From assembly GCA_951406725.2 (NCBI GenBank), contig OX597815.1, positions 64,542,001 to 64,606,000 of the forward strand: a stretch of DNA of 64,000 bases, read 5' to 3'. Below the pieces are notes generated by a model. The model did not search any database. It saw only the letters and a program-made list of their open reading frames with translations, and was not told the origin of the DNA. The translations under genes were made by a program, and so were the position numbers. Source of the stretch: Octopus vulgaris (lineage: Eukaryota). This document shows positions 16,773 through 30,872 of the stretch, in pieces. Positions within the stretch are counted from its first letter, which is position 1. Each line of letters opens with the position of its first letter.

Positions 16773-16965
16773 ATATTGGTTTCAAATGTTGGCACAAGAT
16801 AAATCGGTTACAGCCCCATTGTTCAACTGGTACTTATTTCTTTGATCTCGAAAGGATAAAAGGTAAAGTTGACTTCGCTGGAATTTGGTCTTAGAACATA
16901 TAAGACGGATGAAATACCGCCAATCATTTTGTCTGACGTGCTAACGATTCTGAAAACTCGTTATG
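16773..16965 (-). mobile_element. SINE family 2 (diverged)
   Basis: Reverse-complement similarity to 23128-23290 (GAAATACCGC, AAAGTCGAC, CTGGTACTTATTT). Confidence 0.75.
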
Positions 16966-17538
16966 TGTCCCATCGTTTTGAAACACTTTGAATTTGAATA
17001 TAGAAGCACCCATGTGTGTGTAATATGTTGCTTTTTTATCTTCCACTGCGCGCGAGCATGTAGATGAATGCGTTAACAAGAACAAAGCATTGTATCTGTA
17101 TGCGCTGGAACTCACACCAGCTGCGTCATTTATTCTCTCGTCTGTTACAAACACCTCTACACGTGCTCACATATCTACCGTTATCATTTTTTCACCATAT
17201 TATGGACATTCCTACTTACCCGGACTTTGCATCAGTGTTGTGTTGTTTAAAAATTTTCTTCTTTCGCAGAATTTCTTTTTTTTTTTTTTTCTGAATCCTG
17301 TATTGTAATTAATTTTTCTACAATTGTCCTACAGTTTTTCTCTCACTTATCTTTTCTCCACGAATTCGCACATTTTCGCTTCTTTTGTTCATTTGTTCAT
17401 TTATTCATTTCTTCTCATTTTTCTTCCTTCTGCTTTGCATTCTCCTTTACACCCCCGCTTTACACTCCATCTCTGCACCAGCCTTTATCTCACTCTTTTC
17501 ATTTCTTCACGTGTTTCACTAATTTTCTTCACTCTCAG

Positions 17539-17582
<44 letters not shown>

Positions 17583-18647
17583 TTGAACCAGCGTCGCATT
17601 ATAATTATTCTTTCTCCAATTTTCTCTTATTCTTTTCTCACTTCCCATCTCCCACCTTTTTTATCCGTTTTCGTTCTTTGTTAATGCTTTCCTTCCATGC
17701 GACACTGTCTCACACCAATACTTTTGCACACTTTCCTTCTACAACTTCCATATTCCTCTCGCTTTCCCTTTTACCTCAAACTTTCACCCGCTCCCACCTT
17801 CTCGCATCCACTCTTTACTTTCAGACACAGTGCGATTACATACACGTACTATACGATTAGATACGCACATAATCCGACTAACCCACGCCACTATACTTAC
17901 GCATTTGCACACCTCCACACACACATAGGAACACCCCCAAAAGTCCACATACCACTCCCCTTTTGTGCACATCTCAAAACACTGTCGCACTTGAGTACTT
18001 GTACTCTCTTGCTTCCTCATTTCTGAACTTCATTCCCACCTGGCTTCTAACCCCACGCCTGTTTTTCTCTCCTTCCTTTTCAGCCACTTTTCTACTTACT
18101 TCACCACCCCTTTATGCCTTTCCTGACGTCCAAAACCTTAGGATTCTATCTCTTACTATTTTCGTGTATGAAACTGATTCAATATCAAACAAAATTTGTC
18201 CCTCCTGTGTTGTCATTTTTCACTCTGATTTAGTTTGTTTCATTTACCAAATGTGTGTGCGTGTGTGGGGGAGGGTGATGCACTTTCATATATATTGTCT
18301 ACGAGGAGTATTTTCTCTCGTGACTATTACCGCAGCGAAAGGTCTTCCCACGGCCGAATGTACATGAACATGTTATCATTATACAAGCTTCCATATATGA
18401 GCGCATATATGTGTATGTGTGTATGTGTATATGTGTGTACATGTGTGTACTTCCGTGAGTAAGTGTTTGTTATTTCTTTACAAGGTACAAGTGTATGTGT
18501 TCTTACTAAATACATTATCAAAAAGAAACAAAAACAATTTAGTCTCCGTGCGCAGAAGTGAAACCAGCCTGGGGAAAGGAAGTGGAAGGACAACAACAGC
18601 TAGATTGATAGTTGCAGTAGTAGTAGTAGTAGTAGTAGTAGCAGTAT

Positions 18648-18709
<62 letters not shown>

Positions 18710-19214
18710 ACGAAAAAGAGGGGAAGTTCTCTTTGGATCAAAACGGATGATTCTGTCGCCTTACATGAAAAATAATCGGTTGCGTGCGCGCACACACACA
18801 CACACACACTCAAATACACACGTATGCACGTTTATGCGTGCGTGTGCATTCGTGTTCATATATATATATGTTTGTGTGTGTATGCGTGTATACACAACCA
18901 ACATATACACACACACGCATACACAGACTTGTGTGAGCGTGTGTGTGTATAGATACATACATAAACGCACATATATATATATATACACACACACACATAC
19001 ATGCACAAGTACTTATGCATATGTGGATGTGTACGTGAGTGCGTGTATGTGGGTTGGCGGATATGTGTTTGTTTGGAGGATGCAGTGTATGTATATAGAC
19101 TTAAGAAGAAAAACAGGGCGAGAGTGATGTACGTATCGTAGACATGACAGCTTGAGGGTGAATATATTAAGAACAGCACGGTTTCCGCAGAATGTTCGAT
19201 AAAGTTACAAAGGA

Positions 19215-19751
19215 ATTTGAATAACAAAAACAACAACAAGGGCCACGGTGACGACGACGAGGGAACCAATGACAACAACAACGATAATAAAATGAAGAAG
19301 TAGAAGAAGAAGAAATAGAAGAAAAAGAAGAAGTAGAAAAAGAACAACAACAGCAACAACAACAACAACAATATTGTTTATTATATAACAATAACAAAAC
19401 AACGACAACAACGAGGACACGAGAAATAGAAGAAAAAGGAGGAAGAGGAGAAGGAGGAGGGGAAGTAAGAGAAGAGGGAGGAAAAGAAGGATGAGGTAAG
19501 GATGATGATGTTGATGACGACGATGACGACGACGTGTGAGAAGAATGCGAAGACGAAGAAGAAGAAGAAGAAGAAGAAGAAGAAGAAGAAGAAGAAGAAG
19601 AAGAAGAAGAAGAAGAAGAAGAAGAAGAAGATGATGATGATGATGATGATGATTAGAGAGAAGAAGGGGAAGAAATAGAAGAAAAAGAATACACAAAGAA
19701 ACAAAGGAAGAAACCAAGCAAAAACAGCAGCAAGGTAATAATGATAAGGAC

Positions 19752-19793
<42 letters not shown>

Positions 19794-19975
19794 AAACAAA
19801 TACAATAACAAAAGCAAAGTACTCGCAGGTTTCGGTAGGTTGATGCACGCAGATACCTACGCAGTGCAAACCCGACGGCACATGGAGTGGGGGGGGGAGG
19901 TCTGATGATGAGGCAGTAAAGTATGTATACACTGAGTGTAAAGTAATAATAACAACAATAATAATAATAATAATA

Positions 19976-20025
<50 letters not shown>

Positions 20026-20048
20026 CATCATCATTATTATTATTATTA

Positions 20049-20107
<59 letters not shown>

Positions 20108-20112
20108 CATCA

Positions 20113-20164
<52 letters not shown>

Positions 20165-20190
20165 CATCATTATTATTATTATTATTATTA

Positions 20191-20273
<83 letters not shown>

Positions 20274-20303
20274 ACAGCGATAATCACAAGAATAACAATA
20301 GTA

Positions 20304-20335
<32 letters not shown>

Positions 20336-20390
20336 GGTGGTGGTGGTAGAGGAGAAGGAGGAGGAGGAGGAGGAGGAGGACATGACAGTA
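19215..20390. repeat. Triplet-repeat cluster (CAA, GAA, GAT, ATT, GGT, GGA)
   Basis: Directly visible. It produces the poly-I/L/S/H ORFs. Confidence 0.97.
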
Positions 20391-20604
20391 TCGAAGGCAG
20401 CTTTGTTATGCATTGTTACTTGTATTTATATTTGATACTCTGAGTAATAGAAGTATGACTCATGAACTGTTTAACTACTTATATAGTGTGTAGAACGTTT
20501 TGAGTGCTCTTTCCTCACTTTAGTGTATATGTGCTGGGCTCCTCTCTAAATCCTTCTTCTGTTTTACTTATACGCATACGCACATACATACATTTATATA
20601 TATA

Positions 20605-20878
20605 TATATTGTATAAATGATCGTGGGTAAGGCCAAAACAATGCGAAGTAAATGCAAGGAAATCGCAAGAAAACAAGTATGTGAATTAATGTAGACTCAC
20701 CTTGTATTCAATATTTCGAGGTTATGATCCCATTTTCAAGAAATTGATGACTGTTGCCGACGTATTTGTAATTCACATATTTGTTTTCTTGTGATTTACG
20801 TTGCATTTACTTCGCATTGTTTTGGCCTTATTCACGATCTTTTGTGCAATATATTCTACACAATGCTTCATAGTAATT

Positions 20879-20883
<5 letters not shown>
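20605..20883. repeat. Diverged fold-back short element in (TA)n
   Basis: 20605-20688 is the reverse complement of 20769-20854. The spacer has a degenerate HHR-like TTGAAAA..GAAA on the minus strand. Confidence 0.75.
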
Positions 20884-20934
<51 letters not shown>

Positions 20935-20938
<4 letters not shown>

Positions 20939-22221
20939 GATGTACTCAAAGCCTTGGGAACAGGTTCGAACTCTGACGTCATATATCTTGACTTCAGTAA
21001 AGCGTTCGACAGGGTAGACCATAATATCCTACTCTCAAAATTGGCAAATGTTGGAATCCGTGGAAAAGTTCTACACTGGATTAAGTATTTCCTGGCGAAT
21101 AGAACACAACATGTTGTAGTTGATGGAGTCCACTCAAGCCCAGCAAAAGTCACCAGCGGTGTTCCCCAGGAGACTGTTTTGGGTCCGCTACTCTTCATAA
21201 TTTACATAAACGACCTTTCCAGTGTCGTACATTACTGCAAAGTGAAAATATTTGCTGATGACACTAAGCTCCAGCAAATCGTCAATGAAGAAGCAGACCG
21301 AACTCAACTCCAGTCTGATCTCTATGCTGTGAGTCAATGGGCAGACAGAAACAAAATGCAACTGAACGAGGGAAAATTTGAGCTGATGCATTTTGGAAGA
21401 AATTCCTCACTAAAACAACCATACTCTCTTACTTCAGGGGAACCGCTCACAGCCTCTAGCAATATCAGAGACCTGGGTGTAATTGTTGATGACGATCTCA
21501 GTTGGAGTGCACACATCAACAAGAAGGTCGATATAGCTCGTAGGATGAGTTCCTGGATCTTAAGAACTTTTCGGTCCAGAGAAAAAGATGTCATCATACC
21601 ACTTTTCTCCTCCTTTGTACGGCCACACCTTGAATACTGCTGCCCACTGTGGTCTCCCCATACAAGACAAAACATCTCCAGAATTGAGTCACCCCAGAGG
21701 GCACTCACTAAACGAATTGAAGGCATGGCTGCCCTCGATTATTGGGATCGCCTTAAAGCCTTGAAACTTTACTCCCTCCAGCGTCGCCGTGAGCGGTACA
21801 TCATTTGTACGATGTGGAGAATATACCACCAACTTTGCCCAAACGACCTTAACATTAGCTTCAAGGTTCATCCAAGACTAGGACCACGGGCCATACGTCC
21901 CCTGTCCAATTCAAGATCACAACATACATGTACACTGCAACATAATTTCTTTTCCTCAACAGGCCCTGCCCTATTTAACATTGTCCCGAGGGAGATCAAA
22001 GAGGAAAAGGATCCCATCAACTTTAAACGGAGTCTGGATAGATTCCTTCAAAGAATACCGGATAAGCCACCCATAATTGGATACAACTCACCCAACAAGA
22101 ACTCACTACTTGAACAAAACTTGACTTAAACAGGATTCGAATAATCCTATCAGGTGGTGCTATTAAGTTAGACATGGCCTGCACCAATCTTTGGTCGAAA
22201 CATATCTAAGTTATCTAAGTT
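20935..22221 (+). mobile_element. 5'-truncated CR1-group LINE with open RT-to-C-terminus frame
   Basis: YLDFSKAFDRV, SGVPQETVLGPLLF, FADDTKL, RDLGV, RPHLEYC, LYSLQRRRERY. Stop at 22129, short 3' UTR and tail (TATCTAAGT)x2, inserted in (TA)n. Confidence 0.93.
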
Positions 22222-22370
22222 ATATATATATATATAACTGTTGAAAACCGGTACAGTCGGAAGCCGGCTATAATCGGCTTCCAGCTGTACCGGCCTTCAC
22301 CAGTAATAAATATAGACTGCTCTGCTTCTTCTTCGGATTCATGTTTTTCCCAAAAAATACGATCTATATT

Positions 22371-22404
<34 letters not shown>

Positions 22405-22412
<8 letters not shown>

Positions 22413-22666
22413 ATGTTACATTACTCGGTAGTCAAGATAAAACTCTGAGTTTCAGATGCCGAAGTGGAAATCCACAACACCATCTCTTCGGTTATCTCTT
22501 CGGTTAGCCAGATAACCGAAGAGATGGTGTTGTGGATTTCCACTTCGGCATCTGAAACTCAGAGTTTTATCTTGACTACCGAGTAATGTAACATATTGTA
22601 TAGATAAATTTCCTCTATTTACATAATATTGAGGTCTCTTTCTTTCTTTTGTTATCTTACCGTTTT

Positions 22667-22670
<4 letters not shown>
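22405..22670. mobile_element. HHR-bearing pLTR family A, perfect fold-back in (TA)n
   Basis: Arms 22405-22497 and 22510-22602 are exact reverse complements. The long arm continues to 22670. Confidence 0.9.
22510..22572 (+). ncRNA. Hammerhead ribozyme motif (mirror copy at 22435-22497 on minus)
   Basis: AGATAA CCGAAGA GATG..GTGGATTTCCAC..CATC T GAAA CTCAGAG TT TTATCT. It has a 6-bp stem I, extended stem II and a quasi-palindromic stem III. Confidence 0.7.
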
Positions 22671-22722
<52 letters not shown>

Positions 22723-23100
22723 ATGGATGGATGTACACCACTGTTTTACACCAAACATACAATGTGTAATCTGGAAATATTTATTGGTTTGTCGTGCGTT
22801 ATTTGCTTATTCTTCTAAGGAATCGAAACCTTCCAGTCACTTTAGAGTTACTTCCCCAGGTACCTTATACATGGTACAACAGAGATCGACTAAGCCTGAA
22901 ATGCTTCAATCATTCCTTCTCGTGTGTGTTCTGGATTGACTTTTGTGTTTTTAACAACTCTCGCTTAAAACGAGAATGTTTCTGCATAGCAAACCGCATT
23001 AAAAATGCCTTTGGCCAAATCAAATGTGCCCTGAACATATATGGACTGATCTAAAGATTGTATATATAGATATAGATATAGATATAGATATAGATATATA

Positions 23101-23665
23101 GTCGCAAGAGTAGTTGTGTGGTAAGAAGGCGGCGAGCTGGCAGAAATGTAAGCACAACGGGCGAAATGCTTATCAGCATTTCGTCTGTCTATGTTCCGAG
23201 TTCAAATTCCGGCGAGGTCGACTTTGCCTTTTATCCTTTCGGGGTCGATAAATTAAGTACCAGTTACGCACTGGGATCGATCTAATCGACTTAATCCCTT
23301 TGTCTGGCCTTGTTTGTCCCCTCTTTGTTTAGCCCCTTGTGGGCAATAAAAAAAATAAAATAAAAATAAGAAGCTTGCTTCCGGGTTCAGTCTCACTGCG
23401 TGGCAACTTAGCCATGGGCCGACTAAAGCCTTGTGAGTGGATTTGGTTGAGGGAAACTGAAAGAAGCCCGTCATATATATATCTCTATGTATTTGTGTCT
23501 GTGTTTATTCTCCCAGCATCGCTTGACAACCGATGTTAGTGTGTTTACGTCCCTGTAACTTAGCGGTTCGGAATAAGTTCTAGGCTTTCAAACAATAACT
23601 GCTGGGGTCGATTTGTTTGACTAAAGGCCGTGCTCCAGCATGGCCACAGTCCAATGTCTGAAAGA
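23101..23665 (+). mobile_element. SINE family 1 interrupted by a family-2 SINE
   Basis: Head GTGTGGTAAGAAG resumes as AAGAAGCTTGCTTCC at ~23368. Tail CTCCAGCATGGCCACAGTC. Confidence 0.88.
23128..23370 (+). mobile_element. SINE family 2, full length, TSD TAAGAAG
   Basis: GGCGGCGAGCTGGCAGAA (A box) ... GAGTTCAAATTCC (B box) ... A-rich tail. TAAGAAG occurs on both sides. Confidence 0.88.
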
Positions 23666-23720
<55 letters not shown>

Positions 23721-23721
<1 letters not shown>

Positions 23722-25422
23722 ATATGACCATGACTTTGAGACTCAGTCTCAACTCATGGCTCGCCACTTCATCCTACGTGGATATCCCCTCACCACTATC
23801 CACACCGCCCTTGCCAGAGCACGTTCCGTGGACCGTGCATCTGCTCTCTCCCTCCCCCCCCCGAACTCGCCCTGCAGTCTCCCGCCTACCTTTTCCCCTC
23901 ACCTACCACCCCACCACCCTACCTCTCCAACGCTCCATTCTCCAAGCTTTTCGGCATCTCCGGTCCACTTCACACATCTTCCCTAACCGACCCCTCCCCT
24001 CCTTCAAACGAGCCCACAATCTACGAGACCTCTTGGTCCACAGCTTCTTCCCCAACCCTACCTCCCAACCTGGCTCGTTCCCCTGCTCCCGCCCACACTG
24101 CCGCACTTGCCCATACCTCTCCAACACCACCCGCCTCACCGGCACCTATCATCGACCCTATCGCATCATCGACTCCTTCCCCTGCACCTCCAGCAATATA
24201 ATCTATTGCATCTCCTGCTCTCTCTGCCATTCCCTGTACATCGAACAAACGAGACGCCGCTTGGCTGACCGATTCGCGGAACACCTCCGAGACATCCGCC
24301 TTGGCAATGACACCGCAGTCTCACGCTATTTCCGCTCCACTGGCCACTCTTTGCAACACCTGTCTGTGTTCGGATTTTCCTTACACAGAGGCCATCCGGG
24401 CTCCCGTTTGCATCGTGAACAGGGATTAATCTCTCTCTTTTACGCCATTTGGGCTCAACTCTCCTCCCCTCTTCATCTAATCTCCTCCCCGACTCCTACT
24501 TCTCTTCACTCCTACATCTTTTCACCCCTACTCTCTTTCCCTCTTCTCCCTTACTCTCTTGCTCTCTTCTCTCTTTCTCTCTGCCCCCACTCTCCTTCTC
24601 TCCTCTTCCCCTCTCTCCTCTCCTCCTCTCTCCTACTCTCTTTCTCTCTTTCTCTCCCCTCCTTCCCTCTTCCCTCTTATTCTCTTCTTCTCTTCTCTCC
24701 TACTCTCTTCTCTCTTACTCTCTTTCTCTCTCCTCTCTTATTCTCTTTCTCTCTTCTCGCCTACTCTTTCACTCTCTCTTTCTCTCTTCTCTCTTACTTT
24801 CTTTCTCTCTTCTCTCCTCCTCTCTCCCCCATAAACCCATCCACCCCTACACATCCCTACTCCACCTTCCCATCCCCCATCCTATCCCACACCCCTCCCC
24901 ACATACCCCACCTATACCCACAAACCCCAACCCCCAGCCGAACCCACACCCCACCCGTGCTTTCCGCACCCTCGTCTCCCCCACCTCCCAACAACATCAC
25001 ACAACACCACACCACACCATACACCATACAACATTACACATCACATCACAACATCCATCCCCACATTTTCCCACCTACACATACATATACGCACACGTCC
25101 AGACCACCAGCCCTCTTTCACACGCAACATACTCTATTATACACACACGCACCTTTGTGTTGGGGGTCATCTTTACCTTGTTATCTCCCCTACTTTCCAT
25201 CTCGTGTTTGACCTTTCTGTCCGGCACTAGTCGCCATGATAGATCGTTAGCCACAACACACATTTTTTCTCTCCTTGTTTTTTCTGTGTCCCTTTCTGTA
25301 GAATAGCGTAGGCTCGAAACGTAAAATACTTTTTTCTATTCCTGAGCGTTATACTAATACATCTGTTTGTTTTGTACACCACCTGTCTTCGTGTTTTGAA
25401 TTTTTCGTAAACTCTCCCTATA
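23721..25422 (+). mobile_element. 5'-truncated Neptune-type PLE: GIY-YIG, pyrimidine-rich 3' region and pLTR
   Basis: HFILRGYP, LRDLLVHS, CSRPHCRTCPYL, SSNIIYCISCSLCHSLYIEQTRRRLADRFAEH. The pLTR at ~25240-25422 is homologous to 47493-47647. Confidence 0.88.
25292..25327 (+). ncRNA. Variant minimal hammerhead-like motif (CUGUNGA core)
   Basis: CTTT CTGTAGA A TAGC-GTAG-GCTC GAAA CG TA AAAT. A6 is replaced by U, and the homologous motif at 47564-47594 also has U at that position. Confidence 0.5.
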
Positions 25423-25560
25423 TATTACGGAGATGTACTTGCATAGCAAGTGATTTGATCGGAGATCGTGTGCTGAAAACAATTGCAGCGTGGAAGGTAT
25501 TTGTAAGCCATTTAAGAAACACACAAAAGCCGTTCGATTCACTTCAACATTTAAGTTTAA

Positions 25561-25612
25561 TTTGTCAAAATATTTTCGTCGCTTTAAGACCGCGACCTGT
25601 TCACTGACGAAA
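25561..25612 (-). ncRNA. Minimal hammerhead ribozyme, G3-C8 variant, within a pLTR-like insert (25425-25632)
   Basis: Minus strand: TTTCGTCA GTGAACA G GTCGC-GGTCTTAAA-GCGAC GAAA ATAT TT TGACAAA. Confidence 0.75.
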
Positions 25613-25629
25613 ATACGTGCTGCATCTCT

Positions 25630-25697
<68 letters not shown>

Positions 25698-25758
25698 TCT
25701 TTTACTCTTTTACACGTTTCAGTCATTTGGCTGCGGTTATGCTGGAGTACCGCCTTTA

Positions 25759-25816
<58 letters not shown>

Positions 25817-26384
25817 AATAGTGGCACAGCGAGATACCAATGTTTGCTGGAAGTAGCAGTCGATAACAGTACGACGCTTGCTTTTCGCTGGAAAACAATA
25901 CTATTATATTGTAATAATATAATTTTTATAGAAAACTTGGTTCTGTTTATGGCTTGGCATATCAGCCGAGTCTACAGGGATTGATGTAGCGGATATTTTT
26001 AATTTTGTCTTAGGCGCACCTAGCTGACGAAGCCTAACCAGATTTACGATGAAAAACGTTTTCTGGAAAGTCCGAAATTCGAGTACTAGGTTGTTCATTT
26101 CTAGGTTGTCCATTTCACTGGCGTCCATCCAAGAATACACACACACACGCGCGCGCGCGCATGCATACATGCATACATACATACATACATACATACATAC
26201 ATACATACATACATACATACATACATACATACATACGTGCATACATACATACATACATACATACATGTGTATGTGAGTGCCTGTCGGGGTGAGGGAAAAG
26301 AACACAGAAAATGTAACTGATATGTTGTATATAATATACGTGTTCCTTTTCTTACATGGTGCGAAAAGGAACATGTAGTTATTA

Positions 26385-27140
26385 TATTGACCACCTTACT
26401 CAAAACACGAAAGAAAGGTGGTAGAGATTTAATACCGCTACAAACAGCATTTAAATACCCACATCATATCTCTTTGACAACATCTACTAACCATGAAACA
26501 TCGAAGTCCTACCGCGTATCAAGTCTGCACATGTGAAACCGATATCGTGAGAGTTGGAAAGGAGCTTCTCAGAAAGTATTCCCTAGCTGATGACTTAAGA
26601 TATACCCCTAGCTAAGTTGCACAACTCTGCAGCAATAGGTCGTCAGACAAGAGGTCATGGATGGCTGTATTCTTGGAAGACTTCAAAGTGATGGCAACGC
26701 TGACTAAAAGTGTAGTCCTTCCTGATCATACAACCAGGATATAAGCTCATTTTGTAGGGTATGCTTTTGTAATACAGGGGCAGGCATAGGGATACAGATA
26801 AGCTACCAAATGCAGCAGCCGATGCAGGCTTTGAAGAATTCAAACATAACATACTAGATATAATGATATGGGACATGGAAAAGAAACTATACACGGTACC
26901 TGAAATCGGTTGCTCAGCTGACGTCAACATAATGTTAAAGGTTAGTAAAAAAGAAAACATCTATGCCGAACTGATAAGAAATCTCCAGTTACACCATCAG
27001 GACTAAAATTCTAGATTTCTGCCAAAAGCTATTGGAGAACTTGGTTATATGACTAAAAGCGTCAATACCAATCTTGAGAAGCTGGGATTCACAAACAAGA
27101 AAGAACACTATCAAACTATGAAAAACATTCATAAATTTTA
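26385..27140 (+). mobile_element. R4/Dong-like LINE remnant with restriction-like endonuclease
   Basis: RKKGGRDL, then KHNILDIMIWDMEKKLYTVPEIGCSADVNIMLKVSKKENIYAELIRNLQ...IGELG, which fits the PD-(D/E)xK-type RLE pattern. Confidence 0.78.
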
Positions 27141-27677
27141 ACATGCAATATCCACATATGCAATGTTAGCCATATCTGCACCTAAGTGCATATGTGCAGA
27201 TATACATCGTGTGTGCATAAATATATATAAAAATATTATATATATGCATGTATGTATACACATACATACATACATACATACATACATACATACATACATA
27301 CATACAAGATCGCCCTGCTTGATGTCTAAATTCCAATGTTTTTTCTTGATTCTTGGCTCGAAACCGGTTCTTTAGCCATTGGTGAGAAATTCGGAAAATA
27401 AAACCAAGAACGAATATATATGTAAGTACATGTGTACATGCACATACATAAAAGCATACATACGTGTATACATACATATATACATAGATACACACAAGCA
27501 TACGCACATGTACATATACATACATGCAGTCATACATACACACATATAGACATACATATACACATACACGTATACATACACACGTGCATACACAAATACA
27601 TAAACATTTAAGCCTACGGAGATAAGCCTTGTAATGCGAACAGTGGTGTTGGTGGTGGTGGTGGTGGCGGCGGCGGC

Positions 27678-27732
<55 letters not shown>

Positions 27733-28067
27733 TCTGTGTCAAGATCAATAACAGAAAATACACAAGAACCAAAGCGAAAAAAGAAAAACTAAACCAAAGC
27801 ATTACAATAAAAAAATAACGTAAAAATATAAGTTAACTTATATTGACATTGTCACTGTTATTCTTGCTGATGGTGGCGATGGGGATGTGTGGCGACGATG
27901 AGGATGGAGGAGGGGTGTAGGAGGTGGTGCCGTTGGGGATTGTTGTGTTGTTGTTGTTGTAGGTATTGGTGGTGTTAGTGGTGGTACTAGGAGAGGAAGG
28001 GTTTTTGATGTTGATGTTACTGCTGCTGTAATCGTGATGGTGTTGGTGTTGGTGGTGGTAGTGCTGT

Positions 28068-28098
<31 letters not shown>

Positions 28099-28544
28099 GG
28101 ATGTGCTACTGCTGCTGCTGCGGTTGCTGCTGCAGTCTTACTATGTGCTGCGTGAGTGAGAATTTGTGAGTGAGTCAATGAAGTCACATACTGAAACCTA
28201 ATATGTTCTAATCTTCTTGTTACGACCACCATATTGGAAAAGCGTTCAAAGTTTACATCTCTCTCCCGTTTTCTCTCTCTCACTTTCTCTCTATCACTCT
28301 CTCCGTCAATATATAGAGATATATATATTACATATACACACACACACACACATATATACACAGGCATATACACATATACATATGTATATATGGACATATA
28401 TATATATGCATATATATATATATATATTCATATATATATATATAGGATTGTATATATGTATTTATATCATTGATGTATAATTGATGTATGTATATATTTA
28501 GATATATCTATAGCTATCTATGTATTTATCTATCCACTTTTTCT

Positions 28545-28577
<33 letters not shown>

Positions 28578-28621
28578 CCTTTCTTTCTCTTCTTCCCGCA
28601 CTTTCTCTAGATATGTATAAT

Positions 28622-28705
<84 letters not shown>

Positions 28706-29145
28706 CTGTGTGTGTGTGCGTACTATGTATACATGCACCCAATTATACATACTTACGTACATGCGTAAGTATAGATGTACAGACACACACACACACAGAC
28801 GTATATCTTCAATCTCATTTTTTTTCCTTTCTTTATTTTTTATATGATGTCGTAGTTTTGAAGAGCTTCTATTACTGTGGTCTCTGACTTTCCATTCCGT
28901 AAAACATATTGCAACTTTTCCGCTATCACTTACTTGTTTTTGATTTCTTCTTTTTTTTTTTTCTTTTTGTAGTCATTTTTATGTTTTATTTTTTAAATCG
29001 GTATTTCTGAACACTTCTCTGAACACTGCTCTGAGATCGTCGACCATTCTCTGCGAGTCGTATATTCATACCAAGCGTACATACATGCGAACATACATAC
29101 ATGCAAACGTACTTACATACATGCATACATATATACATACATGGC

Positions 29146-29197
<52 letters not shown>

Positions 29198-29842
29198 CAC
29201 ACACACACACACACACACACCAACACGTATGCATATATATAGTGAGAGACAGAGAGTGAGAGAGACACATAGATATACATACATACAGACAAATATATAT
29301 ATATTTATATATATATGTATGTATATGTATGTACGTGTGTATATATATATATGTATATATGTATAGACATTTATATGTAAATGTATACATGTATACATAT
29401 ATATGGATATGCGCGCGATGTGGTTTGTGTATGCGTGTGTATGTGTATGTACGTGTGTGTGGGCGTGTGTGTGTGTGTGTGTAATCCGTGTATAGGTGTG
29501 TCTGTGGCAAAGTGCTTAACGGAAGCAGCGGCACAAGCAGAGAAGATTTTTGAATAGAAAAATATCTCCCTTTGGATTGCCAACACTTCTCCGCATAGCT
29601 AGCACACAGACATACACACACGTCACAGACATTTACACACATCACAGACATACACACACATCCCAGACATACACTTATGCACAGAGGTCTTACACACACC
29701 TTCGCACACATTCACATACACACATAACAAAAGCCTCTTACATATAAATACCTAGAAATAAGAAAGGGAGAAAAAAACATACACTTATATATTTATATGA
29801 AGTAGAACTTAGACACAAACCATTAATGCTAAAGCAGTTTAC

Positions 29843-29947
<105 letters not shown>

Positions 29948-30267
29948 TATATATATATACATGCATATGTATATATATACATATACACATATATGTCTAT
30001 GTATGTATGCATATATATGCATATATATTGCGTTTATATATGTGTATGTATATATAAAGGTATATATAGATATAAATAATACATACATATATGCATATAT
30101 CTGTATATTATACCATGTATAAATTCATGTAATATATTTTAAATGTTTGTATGAATGACTTTATATATATATATATCAACACATATGTGCAATTATACAT
30201 GCTATGCAGAACTATATGTGTTGCAATATATACACGTATACATACACAGGTATGTCTCTCTAAGTCC

Positions 30268-30410
<143 letters not shown>

Positions 30411-30424
30411 AGCGTTTGTATGTA

Positions 30425-30460
<36 letters not shown>

Positions 30461-30574
30461 TGTATGTATGTATGTATGTATTATTGCGCTGAATGAAGCT
30501 TATAGAAGGTTATAGTGTATCACATCTTCAACTTCCTTTTGGCTGCTTTTAACAGGAAAAAATTTTTTATTTCC

Positions 30575-30872
30575 GCTATCTTAAGATTTCAAATCTTTAA
30601 AAGTATTTTAAATATTTAAAAGATTTCAAAATTTCAAGATTTAAAATTTTTATAAACGGAAGGTTTAAAGATTTTTGATAAGAGGTTTTAAAGATCTTAA
30701 ACTTCAAATTTGGAAGGTTTACGAGAGTTAAAATTTAAAGTTAAATTTTTAAAGACTTAACGATAAAAGTTACAAGATTTGTTAATTAAAATGCTTGAAA
30801 TATTTATTTTTTAAATTTTCAAGAAGGTTTTAAAGATTTTGTGATTGAAAAACTTTTTTATGATTTTAAAGA
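30575..30872. repeat. Degenerate AT-rich minisatellite (TTTTAAAGATTT-like)
   Basis: Recurrent TTTAAAGATTT/TTTCAA motifs. Confidence 0.55.

Noticed and set aside
24449-25306. 285-aa S/L/P-rich ORF and the C-terminal half of the 523-aa ORF
   Set aside because: Pyrimidine-rich PLE 3' region that lacks stops because of its composition.
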